NCBI GenBank assembly: GCA_963829055.1 | Contig: CAWHHI010000008.1 | Coordinates: 288,001-352,000 of the forward strand | DNA length: 64,000 bases | DNA from: an uncultured Gemmatimonadaceae bacterium | GTDB taxonomy: Bacteria; Gemmatimonadota; Gemmatimonadetes; Gemmatimonadales; Gemmatimonadaceae | Reading direction: 5' to 3' | Shown here: piece by piece, positions 20,142 through 33,218 of the stretch | Layout: the number at the start of each line of letters is the position of its first letter | Numbering within the stretch: position 1 is the first letter of the stretch | Position numbers and translations under genes: made by a program | Notes under the pieces: generated by a model | What the model was told of the DNA's origin: nothing | The model's input: only the letters and a program-made list of their open reading frames with translations | Databases searched by the model: none

Positions 20142-21249
20142 TTGGCACCGGTCCTGCCCTCGCTACACGAACGGCGAGGGAATCGACTTCGACGTAGCGA
20201 TAGTTGGCGGCGGTCCCGCGGGACTGACGGCCGCGCTCTGGCTCGGCCGCTACCTGCACCGCGTCGTCGTCATCGACTCCGGCGACCCACGAAACTGGGA
20301 GACGCGCGGCGTCAACGGTTTTCCCGGGCACCCAGGCATCACGCCCGCGGAGTTCCGCGGGAAGACGCGCGACGAGTGTCGCGAGTACGGTGTCGAGCTC
20401 ATCGATGGGTTCGTCGCACGCGTCAGCGCGACGACGTACGGCTTCGAGATCCAGTTCGACCCGATGCACGGGACGAAGGCGCGCGAAGACCACCGCGGCT
20501 CCGGGCGCCCCGCGCGCGCCGTCGGACAACGCACCTCGCCCGGAGACGCGGACGCTCCGCGCGCAGCGCGATTGCTGCTCGCGTTCGGGCTCCGCGACGA
20601 GTGGCCGAAAGTACCCGGGCTGCAGCAGGTGTACGGAAGCGCCGCGCACGTCTGTCCCGACTGCGACGGCTACGACACGCGCGGCAAGAAAGTCGTTGTG
20701 CTCGCGTCCGGCCGGAAAGCAGCGGGCATGGCGCTCAACCTCACGACGTGGACACACGACATCGTGATCTGCACGAACGGCCGCGATCCCGACCTCGACG
20801 CCGAGCAGTGCGCGAAGCTCGACGCGCTGAACATTCCCGTGCTGTCCGCGCGCATCGAGCGGGTCGTGCCCGCAGGGCGACCGGATCTACTCCCTCGAGC
20901 TCGAGGGCGGTATGCACCTCGACTGCGACCACCTCTTCTTCGCGCTGTCGCAGCGTCCCGCCGACGACCTCGGTGCCCAGCTCGACTGCGAGCGCGACGA
21001 CGACGGGCAGATCATCGTGGATGAGCACCAGCACACCTCGGTCGAGTACGTGTGGGCCGCAGGCGACATCACACCCGGCGCCGCAGCTCGCCATCGTCGC
21101 CGTCGGCGGAGGGCGCGGTGGCGGCCCTCTCGATTCACAAGAGCCTCGTGCCTAACGAGCGCAAGCTGGAGCCGCCCGGCCGAAAGGCCGGGCGGACGCT
21201 ACCTGCTACCAGCGCAGCGTCAGGGACTGCTCCTTCTTCTTGCGGATGA
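20142..21249 (+). CDS. FAD/NAD(P)-dependent thioredoxin-reductase-like oxidoreductase (frameshifted; ends approximate)
   Basis: DVAIVGGGPAGL, HVCPDCDGY, TSVEYVWAAGD. Confidence 0.82.
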
Positions 21250-22549
21250 TCGCGAAGCGGAAGCTCCGTGCCATCCGGCGTTCTCGATCGCCCGCTGGAC
21301 CGACAGCGGCGACGTCACGGCGATTCGGCCAACGGACACGATGATGTCGCCGCCCTTGAGGCCCGACGCTGTAGGCGGGCGATCCGCGGGCCACGTCGAG
21401 CACGAGCACACCGCTCTTCACGCCGAACGTCTCGCGCAGATCCGCGTTGGTCCGCACGATCGTCGCGCCGGCAATGACCATCGGCGCCGCCGATCCGCGC
21501 GAGAACACGAACACGCTTCGCTCGCCCCGATCCGCGCGGCCTTCGGCGACGTTAGGTGCAGGCATCGGCAGCGCTCGGAACGAGCGGCGCACGGCGTGAC
21601 CGTGACGACACCGTTCGTGCCTCCGGCCACGACCGGCTCGCGGCTCCGCGCGCTGGGCGAGCGACGCGCACCCGCCCGACGACCGGCGCGGTACCCGGTG
21701 CTGGCGGCGCGGTGCGCGAACGATCGCACCGCTCAGCGGGAGCTGCGACGATCGAGATCGGATCACCGAACGCCGCCATGATACGCGCGTCGAGGAACGG
21801 GCATCCGCTGTCGAGCGACGGCGGCCGCTGCTTGATGAGCGAGCAGCACGTCGCGCGTGTCGCCGTCGCGCCTAACGCGGAGCGGCAGCCGAGTACCCGG
21901 CCGCAGCAGTCTGCGTGAACACGATGTCGCGCCCCACCACCGACTGCCCGTCGATCAGAATGATCTCGTCGCCCTTCGCCACGCCCGCGCGCTCGGCCGG
22001 CGAGCCCGGCTCGACCGTCTCGACTGTCGGGTTCTCGGCGAACCGGAAGACCTCGCCGCCGGACGCCCCCGCATCGGCACGCATGGTCGCCGAGAACGTG
22101 ATCCCCATGTAGCCGCTGCGGCTTCGCGTTGCGATCGCACAGCGAGGCGAGCTGCGTGCGAAGCATCTGGGACCGTTGCGGCCGCCTGGTCGATCTGCTC
22201 GCGGAGCTGGCGCGCGACCGCCTCCACCTGCGACGCGATTCGCTTCCGCCACCTGGCCGGACCGCAGTGCGTCGAGCGCCTGACTCGCCTGCGTCTGCAT
22301 CTGCGTCGCCATGAGCAGCTGCGCCGCAATGCTCTCGATCTCGCCCTCGAACCCGGCGCGCGCAAGCGAAGCGAGTCTCTCGCACTGCGCGAGACGCGCT
22401 TCCGTCGATGCACGTCGCCTCGGCGGTCGTGGCGCAGTCGCGACAGCGCGCGCTGTCGGGCTGTTGCCCGACCGCCACGTCGCCGACGACACGGTGAGAA
22501 TGAGGAACGTGAGTGATCGCATACGCGGAGCCGAATACCTGCTATCCAT
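21206..22549 (-). CDS. Exported PDZ-domain protein with two PDZ domains (frameshifted)
   Basis: GYMGITF...VEPGSPAERAGVAKGDEIILIDG and GVLVLDVARGSPA...GLKGGDIIVSV. Confidence 0.72.
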
Positions 22550-22603
22550 CTTCTGAAGGTTCACGTGGCAATGCCACATCGTCGGGTTCGTATAAGGCAC
22601 GGG

Positions 22604-23390
22604 CTAGAACCGTGACAGCCGCGTGCCCGGCGGTGAGCACGCTCCCGAGCTGTCGCAGCGTCACTTCACGCGCGCCGAGCGTCGAGAGGTAGTACTGGTT
22701 GAGCACGGGATCGGCCGGAGCCACGGAGAGTGCCTGACGCGACGTCTCGGCCATCTCGTCGAGCGCCGCGAGACGCGTCCGGAACATGTCGCCCGCTTCG
22801 GGCGACTGGACCGTCGAGTCGTGCGCGGCGATGAACGCGACGGCGCGATCGTAGTTGCGCTGTGAGGTCTCGAGGGTGGCCAGCGCCTCCTCGACGGACG
22901 TGAACGGTGAGCCTGATCGCCGAACACGGACGGCATGAGCTGTTACGTCGAGCCCGGAAGACCCGACTCGCCAATGTCGCCGAGCACTTCCTTGCCGGAT
23001 GGCGCCGGCGATGCGCCGGCGCTCATCCTGCCTAACGCACCGAAGCCCGCGGCGAACACGAGTCCCGCGGCGACGCGGAGTCCGACGAGCCACGCGCGCC
23101 GGTGCGGTCGCGGCCTGCGCGATGGGCACGACGCTCGTCTCGACGGCCGTGGCGCACCGGCGTAGTCGTCGCGATGATGCCGCTGCTCACGCAGCTGCGC
23201 CGCCAGCGTGGACCACTGCGTGAGCGGTGGCGCGACGCGGTCGCGCTCGTCGCAGTGCCATGGACAGCAGTCGTTGGTGTGCACTCCGCTCGGTGGCGCA
23301 GATCGCGCACGCGGCGAGGTGCTCCGCTTCCGCGACGGTGGGTTCGCCGTCGGCAAGCTCGGCGAGGCGCTCAGAAGACAGGTGCAACAT
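22604..23390 (-). CDS. Putative zinc-finger (HxxxCxxC) membrane anti-sigma factor (frameshifted)
   Basis: EHLAACAIC followed by TM segment [15 protein letters not shown]; directly downstream of the ECF sigma gene. Confidence 0.72.
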
Positions 23391-23948
23391 TGCTCGGGAT
23401 CCGTGTCCGGTCTGAGTCCATCCACCACGTGCGCAAGCAGCCGGCGAAGCTTCGCGCGCGCCTTGAACAGCTGGGATTTCGAGCCGCCCGCCGTGATGCC
23501 GAGCTCTCGAGCAATCTCTTCGTGCGTGTAGCCTTCGACGTCGTGCATCATGAATACGGTCCTGGCGCCCGGGCGACAGCCGGTTCGCTGCTTCCTCGAT
23601 GCTCGCGGCGAGCAGGGCGCGCTCGCTGTCGTGTTCCACCGCGACCGTGTCGTCCTCGATGTCTGCCTCGGACTTGGCGATCCGTCGCGATGCGCCGGAG
23701 CGCGTTGAGCGTGCGGTTGACGGCGATGCGGTGCGCCCACGTTCCGAACTGCGATTCCCCGCGATACGACGGGAGCGCCCTGAAGATCTGAATCCACACT
23801 TCCTGCGCGATGTCGGCGGCGAGGTCGGGGTCGCCGACCAGACGCCGGATGACGGCGTCGATGTGCGGCGAGTGCTGCGACCAAAGGTCTGCAGCGCCCG
23901 CTCATCGCCTTCGATGGCGCGCTGGATGAGGACTTGATCCATTCCCAT
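23371..23948 (-). CDS. ECF (sigma-24-like) RNA polymerase sigma factor (frameshifted)
   Basis: [48 protein letters not shown]. Confidence 0.9.
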
Positions 23949-23966
23949 GGGGTTCTGCTACTTGGT

Positions 23967-23992
23967 CACGCGAGGACGGTCCAGTGGTTTAC
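23967..23992 (-). promoter_or_regulatory. Candidate autoregulatory ECF promoter
   Basis: GTAAAC-N16-CGTG on the minus strand, resembling the AAC/CGT pattern of ECF promoters. Confidence 0.4.
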
Positions 23993-24389
23993 CGATCCGG
24001 CTATCAACCGTCTGCTCGGCAGCTCGTTCGGCGGGAACTCAGCGGCTCGCCGGCCGACGACCTTATCAGTGCAACTGAAATGAGCTGAATCACTTGTGAT
24101 CCAGATCACAAAACCGGCCGGTTACTGTGACCCGAAGCCGAACGTATTCGTCTTGACAGAAGAGGCGCCAACAATAAGAGTAGACCGTGTAAGTCGCGTC
24201 GTCTACGGAACTTCCCAGCGGCGCGAGCAGTATGTGAGTCGTGAAAGCGGCAGTGCGGGCTCTCTCGAGCCTGACACCGCCGTGCATCACGCTCTTTTGT
24301 CGTTCACCACCGGCGCCTTCGGTCACCGGCTCAGTTCGTCAGTACCCGCGATCGCCATCGAGATCGTCAGCCGTCGATCGGAGCATCAC

Positions 24390-25950
24390 GTGGTCCACCT
24401 CCTCCTCGGCGCGTACGTCGCGCTGGCCGCGTCCGATGGGTTGCCGGTCAACACGCCAAAGTCGGTCGGCATGTCCGCCGCCCGCCTGGCGTCGATCGAC
24501 CGCATCGTCATGCGCGGTATCAAGGCGGGAGGATATCCGGGCGCCTCGGTGGTCATCGGCCGTAACGGATACGCGGTCTACCAGAAGGGGTTCGGCAAGC
24601 TCGGGTGGACGACGAGCAGCCCGCGCGTCACCGCCGATCGCTCCATCTACGATCTCGCGTCGCTGACAAAGGTCGTCGGCACGACGACCGCGGCGATGGT
24701 GCTGTACGACCAGGGCCGTCTCGACCTCGACGCGCCGGTGTCGACCTACCTCCCGGCGTTCTCCGGCGGCTGGAAGGATTCCGTCACCGTCCGCCATCTG
24801 CTCACGCACCGCTCCGGCCTTCCGGCCGGCCGCGATCTCTGGCGCATCGCGCGCACGCCCGACGAAGCGCGCGCCGCGGTGCTCTCGACGAACCTCGAGT
24901 GCAAGCCCGGGCCAGTGCTACATCTACTCCGACCTCGGCGCCGACGTCCTCGGCTTCGTGATCGAAGCGATCGCCGGCGAGTCGCTCGACGTCTTCCTGC
25001 ACGACAAGGTGTTCGAGCCGCTCGGCATGAACGACACGTTCTTCCGCCCGGCCGACTCGCTCACGTATCGCATCGCGCCAACCGAGATCGCCCCGCCCCG
25101 CGGCTATCCGCTCCAGGGTCAGGTGCACGACGAGAACGCGTACGCGTTAGGTGGCGTGGCCGGCCACGCGGGACTGTTCAGCACCGCGGCGGATCTGTCG
25201 ATCTTCGCGCAGATGATGCTGAACGGCGGATCGTACAACGGCGTCCGCATCCTCAGCGACACGACGGTCGCGCTGTTCACGCACCGCGCGGCGGGCACCC
25301 GCGCGCTCGGCTGGGACACGGCCGACGGCGACGGCGGCTCCGGCAAGTTCCTCGATTCGCGCGCCTACGGTCACACCGGCTACACGGGCACGTCGATCTG
25401 GATCGATCCCGAGCGGCAGATGTTCGTGCTGCTGCTGACGAATCGCGTTCACGCAGCCCGGGCTCGTCGTCCGGCCAAGGTGATCTCGGACGTGCGCGCC
25501 GACCTCGCGGACGCGGCGGTCGCGTCGCGTCGTCGACAACCCGGACAACGTCATCTGCGATGCCGCGCACGTTCCGCGCGGACAAGGCAGCCGGCTGGAA
25601 CCGTCCGGTTCGCAGCGTGCGCCGCAAGGCGCGCCGGCGAAGCCACGCAAGGCGGCGGCGTCGAAGAGCGCCGAAGGCTGTCCAAGAAGCCGCCGCTCGA
25701 AGGTCGTCGGCGAAGAGCTCGAGCAGCCAAGAGCTCCGCCGGCAAGAGCGTCCGCGAAGCCGTCCGCGGCGAAGAAGCCGTCAGCTCGTCAAGTCCAAGA
25801 GCAGATCGTCGAAGACCGCGTCCGCTCGAAGTGCGCTTCGTCCAAGAAAGCCTCGGCCTGACGCGTCGCCGTCGCGGTCGCCGCTCGGCTTGCCGCAAGC
25901 GTCGCTCGCCGCCGATCTTTCGAGCATACGAGCGACGGAGTGATCGATGA
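24390..25950 (+). CDS. Serine hydrolase (class C beta-lactamase/PBP family) with basic low-complexity C-terminal tail (frameshifted)
   Basis: SxxK motif ASLTK, LLTHRSG, AGHAGLFSTA, GHTGYTGT. Confidence 0.87.
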
Positions 25951-26462
25951 CCGAGCCAAGCCTGCCACTTTCCGCCAGATGCGGACGCGTGACCAGCACG
26001 CCGCCGCGACGGCGCCAGCCCGCCCGTCGCACGATCGCGAGCTGCCCGTGAGCGCGTCTGAAGGCGACCGTCCGACGCAGTACGCCTCGATTCCGCGGCC
26101 GCGGATGGCGTTCCGGACGATCGCGGACGCGCGAAACGAGTGCCGAGTCCACGGGCGACGCTGACGCCCTCTCGGAGGATCAGGTGAAGCTCGCGCTCCG
26201 GCGCGTGAAGGATCCGGAGCTCAACCTGAACATTCTCGACCTCGGCCTCGTCTACGCGATTCGCGTGGAGGGCAACGGCGGTGTCGGTCGACATGACGTT
26301 GACGTCGCCGGGCTGCCCGTCGGGTCCCGAGATCATGACCGACGCCGAGCGACACCTCAAGGCGATTCCGGGCGTCGGCGACGTCGCGGTGAACCTCGTG
26401 TGGTCGCCGTTCTGGAGCCCGGAGCGGATCGAGCCGAGAGTCGGGCGTATCTCGGGTTCTAG
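25947..26462 (+). CDS. Metal-sulfur cluster assembly factor (DUF59/SufT-like; frameshifted)
   Basis: VKDPELNLNILDLGLVY, MTLTSPGCP. Confidence 0.88.
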
Positions 26463-26484
26463 CCAGTCTACGAGGCAGATCCTG

Positions 26485-28145
26485 CTACGTAGACGGCCCG
26501 TTCGTCTGCCTGAGGCCGTCAGCAGGTCGAATTCGCGTCTCCGGCGACTCCATCCCCGTCCGTCCGATCGCGGTGACGACAATGAGATCCGGACGCGCCG
26601 ACGCGTCGCTCGCCGCGAACGAATGCTCGCGCACCGAGCCCGGCACAACGCTCGTCGTCCACGTGTCCGCCGAAGCGCGACCGCACGACCCAGAGCCTCA
26701 CCGGCGTCGTGTCCGACCGGGTGCGATCGTGACCGTCGTGCGCCCCGAGAGCGTGTCCACCTGCGCCTGTGCGCGCGGCGCGCTCGGCGCGCGCTTGTCG
26801 AGCCACGGCGACGCCGGCACGAGCGCCGGCACCGCGTACGGACCGGCAATGAGCCGGTCGCCCAGGCTGTCGCGGTTCTGCATGAACACGCTCATGCTGA
26901 AATGCAGGTTCCCGCTCGCGCCGGAGTCGGCTCGCGTTAGGCGTACCTGCTCGAGCAGCTCCGACGCCGGCCAGTTCGCCCCCTCGCCCATCACGCGGCT
27001 CGTGTAGTTCCCCACCCACAGGTGGCGGCCGAACGTGTTCTGCTCGGCCCACCAGTGCAGCAGCTCGTCGTACCGCTGCTGCGGATGCGCTCGAGCGCCA
27101 GTAGAGCTGCGGCGTGAAGTAGTCAGCCCAGCCGCGCTGCAGCCACTTCCGCGAGTCGGCGTAGAGCTCGACGTAACGCGTCCAGCCCGCGCACCGACGG
27201 CGGACTGCCCGGCCGCCAGATGCCGAACGGACTGATGCCGAACTTCACCCACGGCTTCTCCTCCTTCACCGTCTTGTACAGCTGCTCGATGAGGAGATCC
27301 ACGTTCCGCCGCCGCCAGTCGTCGCGCGCGAGCGTTCCGCCCCCCCGGCGATACGCGCGCCAGGTTCGGTCGTCGGGGAACGGGATCTCGCGGCCGCGAC
27401 GCGTGTGCTCGCGGTACGGGTAGAAGTAGTCGTCGATGTGGATCCCGTCGATGTCGTAGCGCCTAACGATGTCGCGCACGACACCGACCGTGTACGCCCG
27501 CACCTCGCTGCTTCCCGGATCCATCCAGAGGTACGGACCGTACTTCACGACGAGGTCCGGCCGCCGGCGAGCAATGTGATTCGCGCAGATGGGCGACTTG
27601 TCCGCCGGGAAGTGCGCACGGTACGGATTGACCCACGCATGCAGCTCGAGCCCACGCGCGTGCGCCTCTTCGCACCGCGAACGCGAGCGGGTCGTAGAAC
27701 GGCACCGGCGCCTTGCCCATCGTGCCCCGTCAGAAACGCCGACCACGGCTCCTTCTGCGACGCGTACAACGCGTCGGCCGATGGGCGCACCTGCAGCACG
27801 ACCGCGTTCAGGTTGAGCGCCGCCGCGCGATCGAGAATCGCGATCAGCTCGGCCTTCTGCTGAGCGACGGGCAGGCCGGGACGCGACGGCCAATCCATGT
27901 TGCCGACCGACGCGACCCACACGCCGCGAAACTCGCGCGCGACGGGCGGCGCGATCGCCGATGAGTCGACCGCTTCGCGTCGGCCGTGGTGACGGGCGCG
28001 CGAGCACTCGAGTCGGGGCGCGATCTGCGCAGCGGCCACGAGGCGACGGCGCGAACGCGAGCACCGCGAGCAAGCGACGGTGCACCAGATGCGTGCCGCA
28101 GACGCGGCAAGCGAATCGCCGGCGTGGGCGAGACCGAGCTTCCAA
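26485..28145 (-). CDS. GHL10/YddW-like glycoside hydrolase (frameshifted; start approximate)
   Basis: REFRGVWVASVGNMDWPS, LELHAWVNPYR, GIHIDDYFYP, FGISPFGIW. Confidence 0.87.
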
Positions 28146-28171
28146 GGATCGAATTCGCCCGCGACTGATTC

Positions 28172-29424
28172 CTACTGCTTATAGGGCGAATCGTCGCGAT
28201 TTGTGCCACTCGCGCGCGCCGGTCGATGCGCGGTCGGCCGCGCGCGCGTCGCTCTTTCGGGAAGACGACGGTGCGTCGCGCAGGGCACGAACGAAATCTT
28301 CTCCGAGCTGCTCGATCTGCCAGCGACGCAGGTCGGGAATCTCGCTCAGCTCCTCGACGGACTTCGGGCGGCGTCGAGCCACCGCCTCGAGACGCTCGCG
28401 CGAGGCACAGCACACCGGGATCGAGGTCGAGTCTCGCCGCGGCCGCGTCGCGCACGGTCTTGAGTCGCGCGACGACGTCGTCGAAATCCGGATCGCGCTC
28501 CCAGCGCTGCGCGCGCGGAAATCGCGGAAGCTCCGCCTCGGGTACGGCGAGCCCGCGCTCCACCGCGGCGAGCATCTCACCCGATCGCGATTCGAGGATC
28601 CCGCGCGGCATTCCCTTCACTGCCCGACAGCTGCGCGCGTCGCGTTCGGAGCAAGCCGCGCGATCTCGAGCAGCGTCTCGTTGCTGACGACGCGAAACGT
28701 CGCGCGATCGAGCGCGCGCGCCACGCTCGTCGCGCCAGATCACGAGCTCGCGCAGGATGGCGAGCTGACGCCGGGTGAGGTCGCGCGCGCCCTTCACGCG
28801 GAGGAACGCATTCGCGCTCGTCTTCGGCGTCCCACTGCGTGCCCTCGAGGCGCCCGAACTCCTCGGCCGCCCAGCGTCGACCGGCCCGAGCTTCTCGAGC
28901 TCGTTGCCAAGTCGATCGCGAAGGTCGAGCAGGTACTCGGTGTCCTGTGCCGCGTACTCGAGCATGCCCGCGGTGAGTGGCCGCATGGACCAGTCGGCGC
29001 GCTGGTGCTTCTTGTCGAGCTTCACGCCGAAGAACCGCTCGAGCAGCGCGGCCAGCCCGAACGCCCGAATACCGAGGAGCTGCGCCGCGACGCGCGTGTC
29101 GAAGATGTTCGTGACCCGCCAGCCGTAGTCCTGGTGCAGGAGCCGCAGGTCGTAGTCGGCGTCGTGGAAGACGACTTCGACCTTCCGCGACTCGAGCAAG
29201 GCGCCCGAGACCCTCGGGAACGCCGATCGTGAGCGGATCGAGAATCGCGCTCGCTTCGCGCGTGGAGAGCTGGAGCAGGTAGATCCGGTCGATGAACCGG
29301 TGGAAGCTCGCCCCCTCGGTATCGAGCGCGATGGCACGCGTGTTCGCGATGCTGGCGATGAACCGCTCGACTGCCTCCTTCCCGTCGAGGTACAAGGGCG
29401 GTTTTTGATCTCGGAGGCAGTCAC
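28172..29424 (-). CDS. rnd: Ribonuclease D (3'-5' exonuclease plus HRDC; frameshifted)
   Basis: ALDTE, FHDADYD, FDTRVAAQLLG, QRADWSMRPL, YAAQD. Confidence 0.88.
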
Positions 29425-29637
29425 GAATCGGGAATCGGGAGATCGGGAGTCGGGAATCGGTGCTCGCATGCCGATTCGCCCATACGTCGCCGCGGCTCGC
29501 AGGCCTTGGATATTCCCGTCGAGTCCCGGCTCGGGTAATCTAGCACGCGGCTGAACGGGGCACCTCGCTTGCCTCGACGTCGGCCGTGGCGGCGCTGACG
29601 TCGTTTCGATTCCCGATTCCCTATTCCCGATTCCCGA
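29425..29637. repeat. Heptamer inverted-array element (GGGAATC)n - core - (GATTCCC)n filling the divergent intergenic region
   Basis: Arrays at 29425-29460 and 29607-29637. Confidence 0.8.
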
Positions 29638-29642
29638 CGACG

Positions 29643-30982
29643 ATGAGCGAAAGACGAGCCCTCCGAGTCCGCACGCCACCACGAGCGCGGCCAACCCGAC
29701 GCCCGACCACGCCGGTTCGCGCCGCCGATCGACGGCGCACGCCAGGTCGGCTGGCGCACGTCCGACGTCCTGCGTGCTGCCGCGCGCCGTCATCGCGATG
29801 TACCTCGTCCTTCGGCTCATCTGGGTCGCGCAGACGGTCTTTCTCACGGCGTTTCTCGGTGTCCTGTTCGGACTCGCGGTGTCGGCCGGCGTGGATTGGG
29901 TGCGGACGCGCGTCCGCGCTCCCTCGCGGCCTGCATCGCCGCGCTCATCGTGCTTGGCTCGGCCGGCGCGATCGTCGGCTTCTTCGTCGTGTCCGGTCCC
30001 GTCCTCGCGACACAGTCGCGCGAGCTCCAGACGAAGCTTCCCGAGGCGATCGACAAGATCGACAGTGGGTTCAGAGCAAGGGCGGTTTCTCGGCTCGTTG
30101 ATCGCGGGGTCGCAGGGTCGTCGACCACGCGCGACCCGGACGCCGCTCCTCGCAGCCGGTGCACGAGGCCCGGCGCCGCCCGCCGAGCGCGACCGTACCG
30201 GCGCCGCACCTGCGCCAGATGCCCACCGACAGCGCCGACTTGACCGCAGGGCGCGGCTCGAAGGCGGCCGCGGCGGCCAGGCTCCACCTCAGACGCTCAA
30301 GCAGCGAATCATCGGACAGCTCGCGGGGCTGACGCGATACCTGTTCGGGTTCCTGTCGTCGACCGATCGCGGTGTTCGCCGGGCTGGTGCTGATTCTCGT
30401 GCTGTCGATCTACATCGGCGCCGACCCGGACACGTACCACGACGGCCTGATGAAGCTCTTCCCGCGTCCGTGGAGGAAGCGCGCCGGCGAGGTGCTGACC
30501 GCGATGTCGCGTCGCGCTTCGGAAGTGGCTCGTGACGCAGCTCATCGCGATGGTCGTGATCGGCGTCGTTTCGACCGTCGTCCTGCTCATCCTCGGCGTG
30601 AACGCCGCGGTGCCGCTCGGCGTCATCGCGGGGCTTCTCGAGTTCGTGCCGACCGTCGGGCCGATCCTGAGCGCGCTGCCCGCCATCGCGATGGGCTTCG
30701 TCGAGTCGCCGCGAGAAGGCGCTCGCCGTGATCGTGGCGTACATCGCCATCCAGCAGATGGAGAACTATCTGCTGATTCCGTTTCTCATGCGTGAGGGCG
30801 TCGACCTGCCGCCGGCGCTGACGATCATCGCGCAGGCGCTCATGGCGCTGATCTTCGGGTTCCTCGGACTGCTGTGCGCCGTGCCGGTACTCGCGGCAAC
30901 GATGGTCGCGGTGAAGATGCTGTACGTGCAGGACGTGGTCGGCGAGCCGGTCGAAGTGTTCGAGGATCTCGACGATGACTGA
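29643..30982 (+). CDS. AI-2E family transporter (frameshifted)
   Basis: Multiple TM segments; LLEFVPTVGP, QQMENYLLIP, GLLCAVP. Confidence 0.85.
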
Positions 30983-32050
30983 CTCCGGGCCTGATGGGCC
31001 CGGGGCAGCCGAACTACGCCGTCGGCGCGCCATCCGGCGTCGCGACGATCCCATTCCGCTCGTCCGACGCTTCCCTGCCCTCGCCGCGATCCCGCGCGCG
31101 CGGCTGGGGCGATTTCCGACGCCGGTGGAGCGATCTCGACGGGCTTTCGCGACGTCGACTCGTTGTGGGTGAAGCACGAGGACCTGTCGTCGGACGTGTT
31201 AGGCGGCAACAAGGTGCGATCGCTCGAATTCCTGCTCGGACGACGTCGGCCGAGGGCGACACGGTGCTCACGCTCGGCGGCGTGGGATCGACGCACGTCC
31301 TCGCGACCGCCGTTCACGCCGCGCGCCTCGGCGCGAAGACGATCGCCGTGCGGTGGCGCCACGACATGCACCCGGCTGCGCAGGAGGTGCGGAGCGGACG
31401 CGCAGCGGAATGTGCCGAGGTCGTGACGGCGTCGAACTTCGTGACGGCGATGTCCGCCGCTGCATCCGCCTGCGACTCACGCGGCGTGCCCACTACATCC
31501 CGCTCGGCGGCAGCAACGCCGTTAGGCACGTTAGGCCACGTGAACGCGGCGCTCGAGCTGGCCGAGCAGATCGAAGCCGGCGAGCTTCCGCCGCCGGCTC
31601 GAGTCGTCGTGCCGCTCGGAAGCGGCGGAACGGCCGCAGGGCTCGCACTCGGGTTCGCCATCGCCGGCCTGGAGCACGGTCGTCGTCGGCGCGCGCGTGG
31701 GGCCGCGCATTGGGGCGAATCGCTGGCACGTGCTTCGTCTGGCGGAGCGAACGCGTCAGCTGATCGCGCGGTATACAGGTCGGCCGCCGGCGCCGGTGCG
31801 CCGTGAGCCGCGTCGTCGTCTCACACGATCTCTACGGCGGGGCGTATGCTCGACCGCACCCGACGGCCGAGCACGCGGCCGTCCTCGTGGATGCGCTTCG
31901 CGGGTGGCGGCTCGACGCGACGTACAGCGCGAAGGCGTTCGCTGTCGCGCTGGACATGGCCGCCAGCGACACGGAACACCGACATTGTTCTGGATGACGT
32001 TCGACGCTCGGTGGATGAAGACCCTCGGCGTGGAGGAACCTCGATCGTGA
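30975..32050 (+). CDS. PLP-dependent D-cysteine desulfhydrase/ACC deaminase family enzyme (frameshifted)
   Basis: PTPVE, GGNKVRSLEF, GSGGTAAGL, LDATYSAKA. Confidence 0.85.
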
Positions 32051-32842
32051 TCGCGCTGTGTGATGGCGTCGAGATCGGCTACGACGATGTCGGCACCGGG
32101 ATGCCGGTGGCGTTCATTCACGGCTTTCCGCACAACCGGACGCTCTGGGCGCCGCAGGTGAGCGCGCTGGTGGATCGAGCGCGATGCATTGCGCTCGACC
32201 TCCGCGGCTTCGGCGAGAGCTCGAAGAACGGCCCGTTCACCATCGACCAGTTCGCTGACGACGTCGCGATGCTGCTCCGGACGCTCGGGATCGAGCGCGC
32301 CGTGGTCGCCGGGCTGTCGATGGGCGGCTACGTCGCGTTCGCGTTCTGGCGTCGCCATCGCGAGATGGTGCGCGCGCTCGTGCTGGCGGACACGCGCGCG
32401 GGCGCGACAGCGAGGAGACGCGAGCGAAGCGAATCGCGCTGATCGATGCTCGCGCGCACACGCGGCAGCGGCGCCGTCGCGGACGGTCAGATCATCGGGA
32501 TGATCGGCAAGTCCACGCGCGACAAGCGTCCTGCGCTGATCGACGACGTGCATCGCATGCTCGAGCAGCGCGTCGGTGGACGGAATCGCGGTGCGCTCGA
32601 GGCCATGATGGGCCGCATCGACTCGACGCCGACGCTCGCGACGATCGACGTGCCGACGCTGGTGGTCGTTGGCGCGGAGGATGTGCTCACGCCGGTCAGC
32701 GAGGCGGAGATCCTGCACGACGCGATTCGCGGAAGCGCACTCGAGGTGATCGAGCACGCCGGCCACGTGAGCAACCTCGAGCGGCCGGCGGCGTTCAACC
32801 ACGTGCTGAGCGAGTTTCTGGCCGCGCTTGGACTACGCCTGA
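32047..32842 (+). CDS. Alpha/beta hydrolase (enol-lactonase-like; frameshifted)
   Basis: FIHGFP, DLRGFGES, GLSMGG, AGHVSNLE. Confidence 0.85.
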
Positions 32843-32851
32843 GCGCGAGCC

Positions 32852-33115
<264 letters not shown>

Positions 33116-33218
33116 TGCGGGCTCTGAGGGTAGCGATGGAGGTCGTTCGGTTATGATATCCGGCGCGGTGCCGGCCAGACAAGGGCGCGAGCCGAGCTCG
33201 CGTAAGTTATCATCCGCC

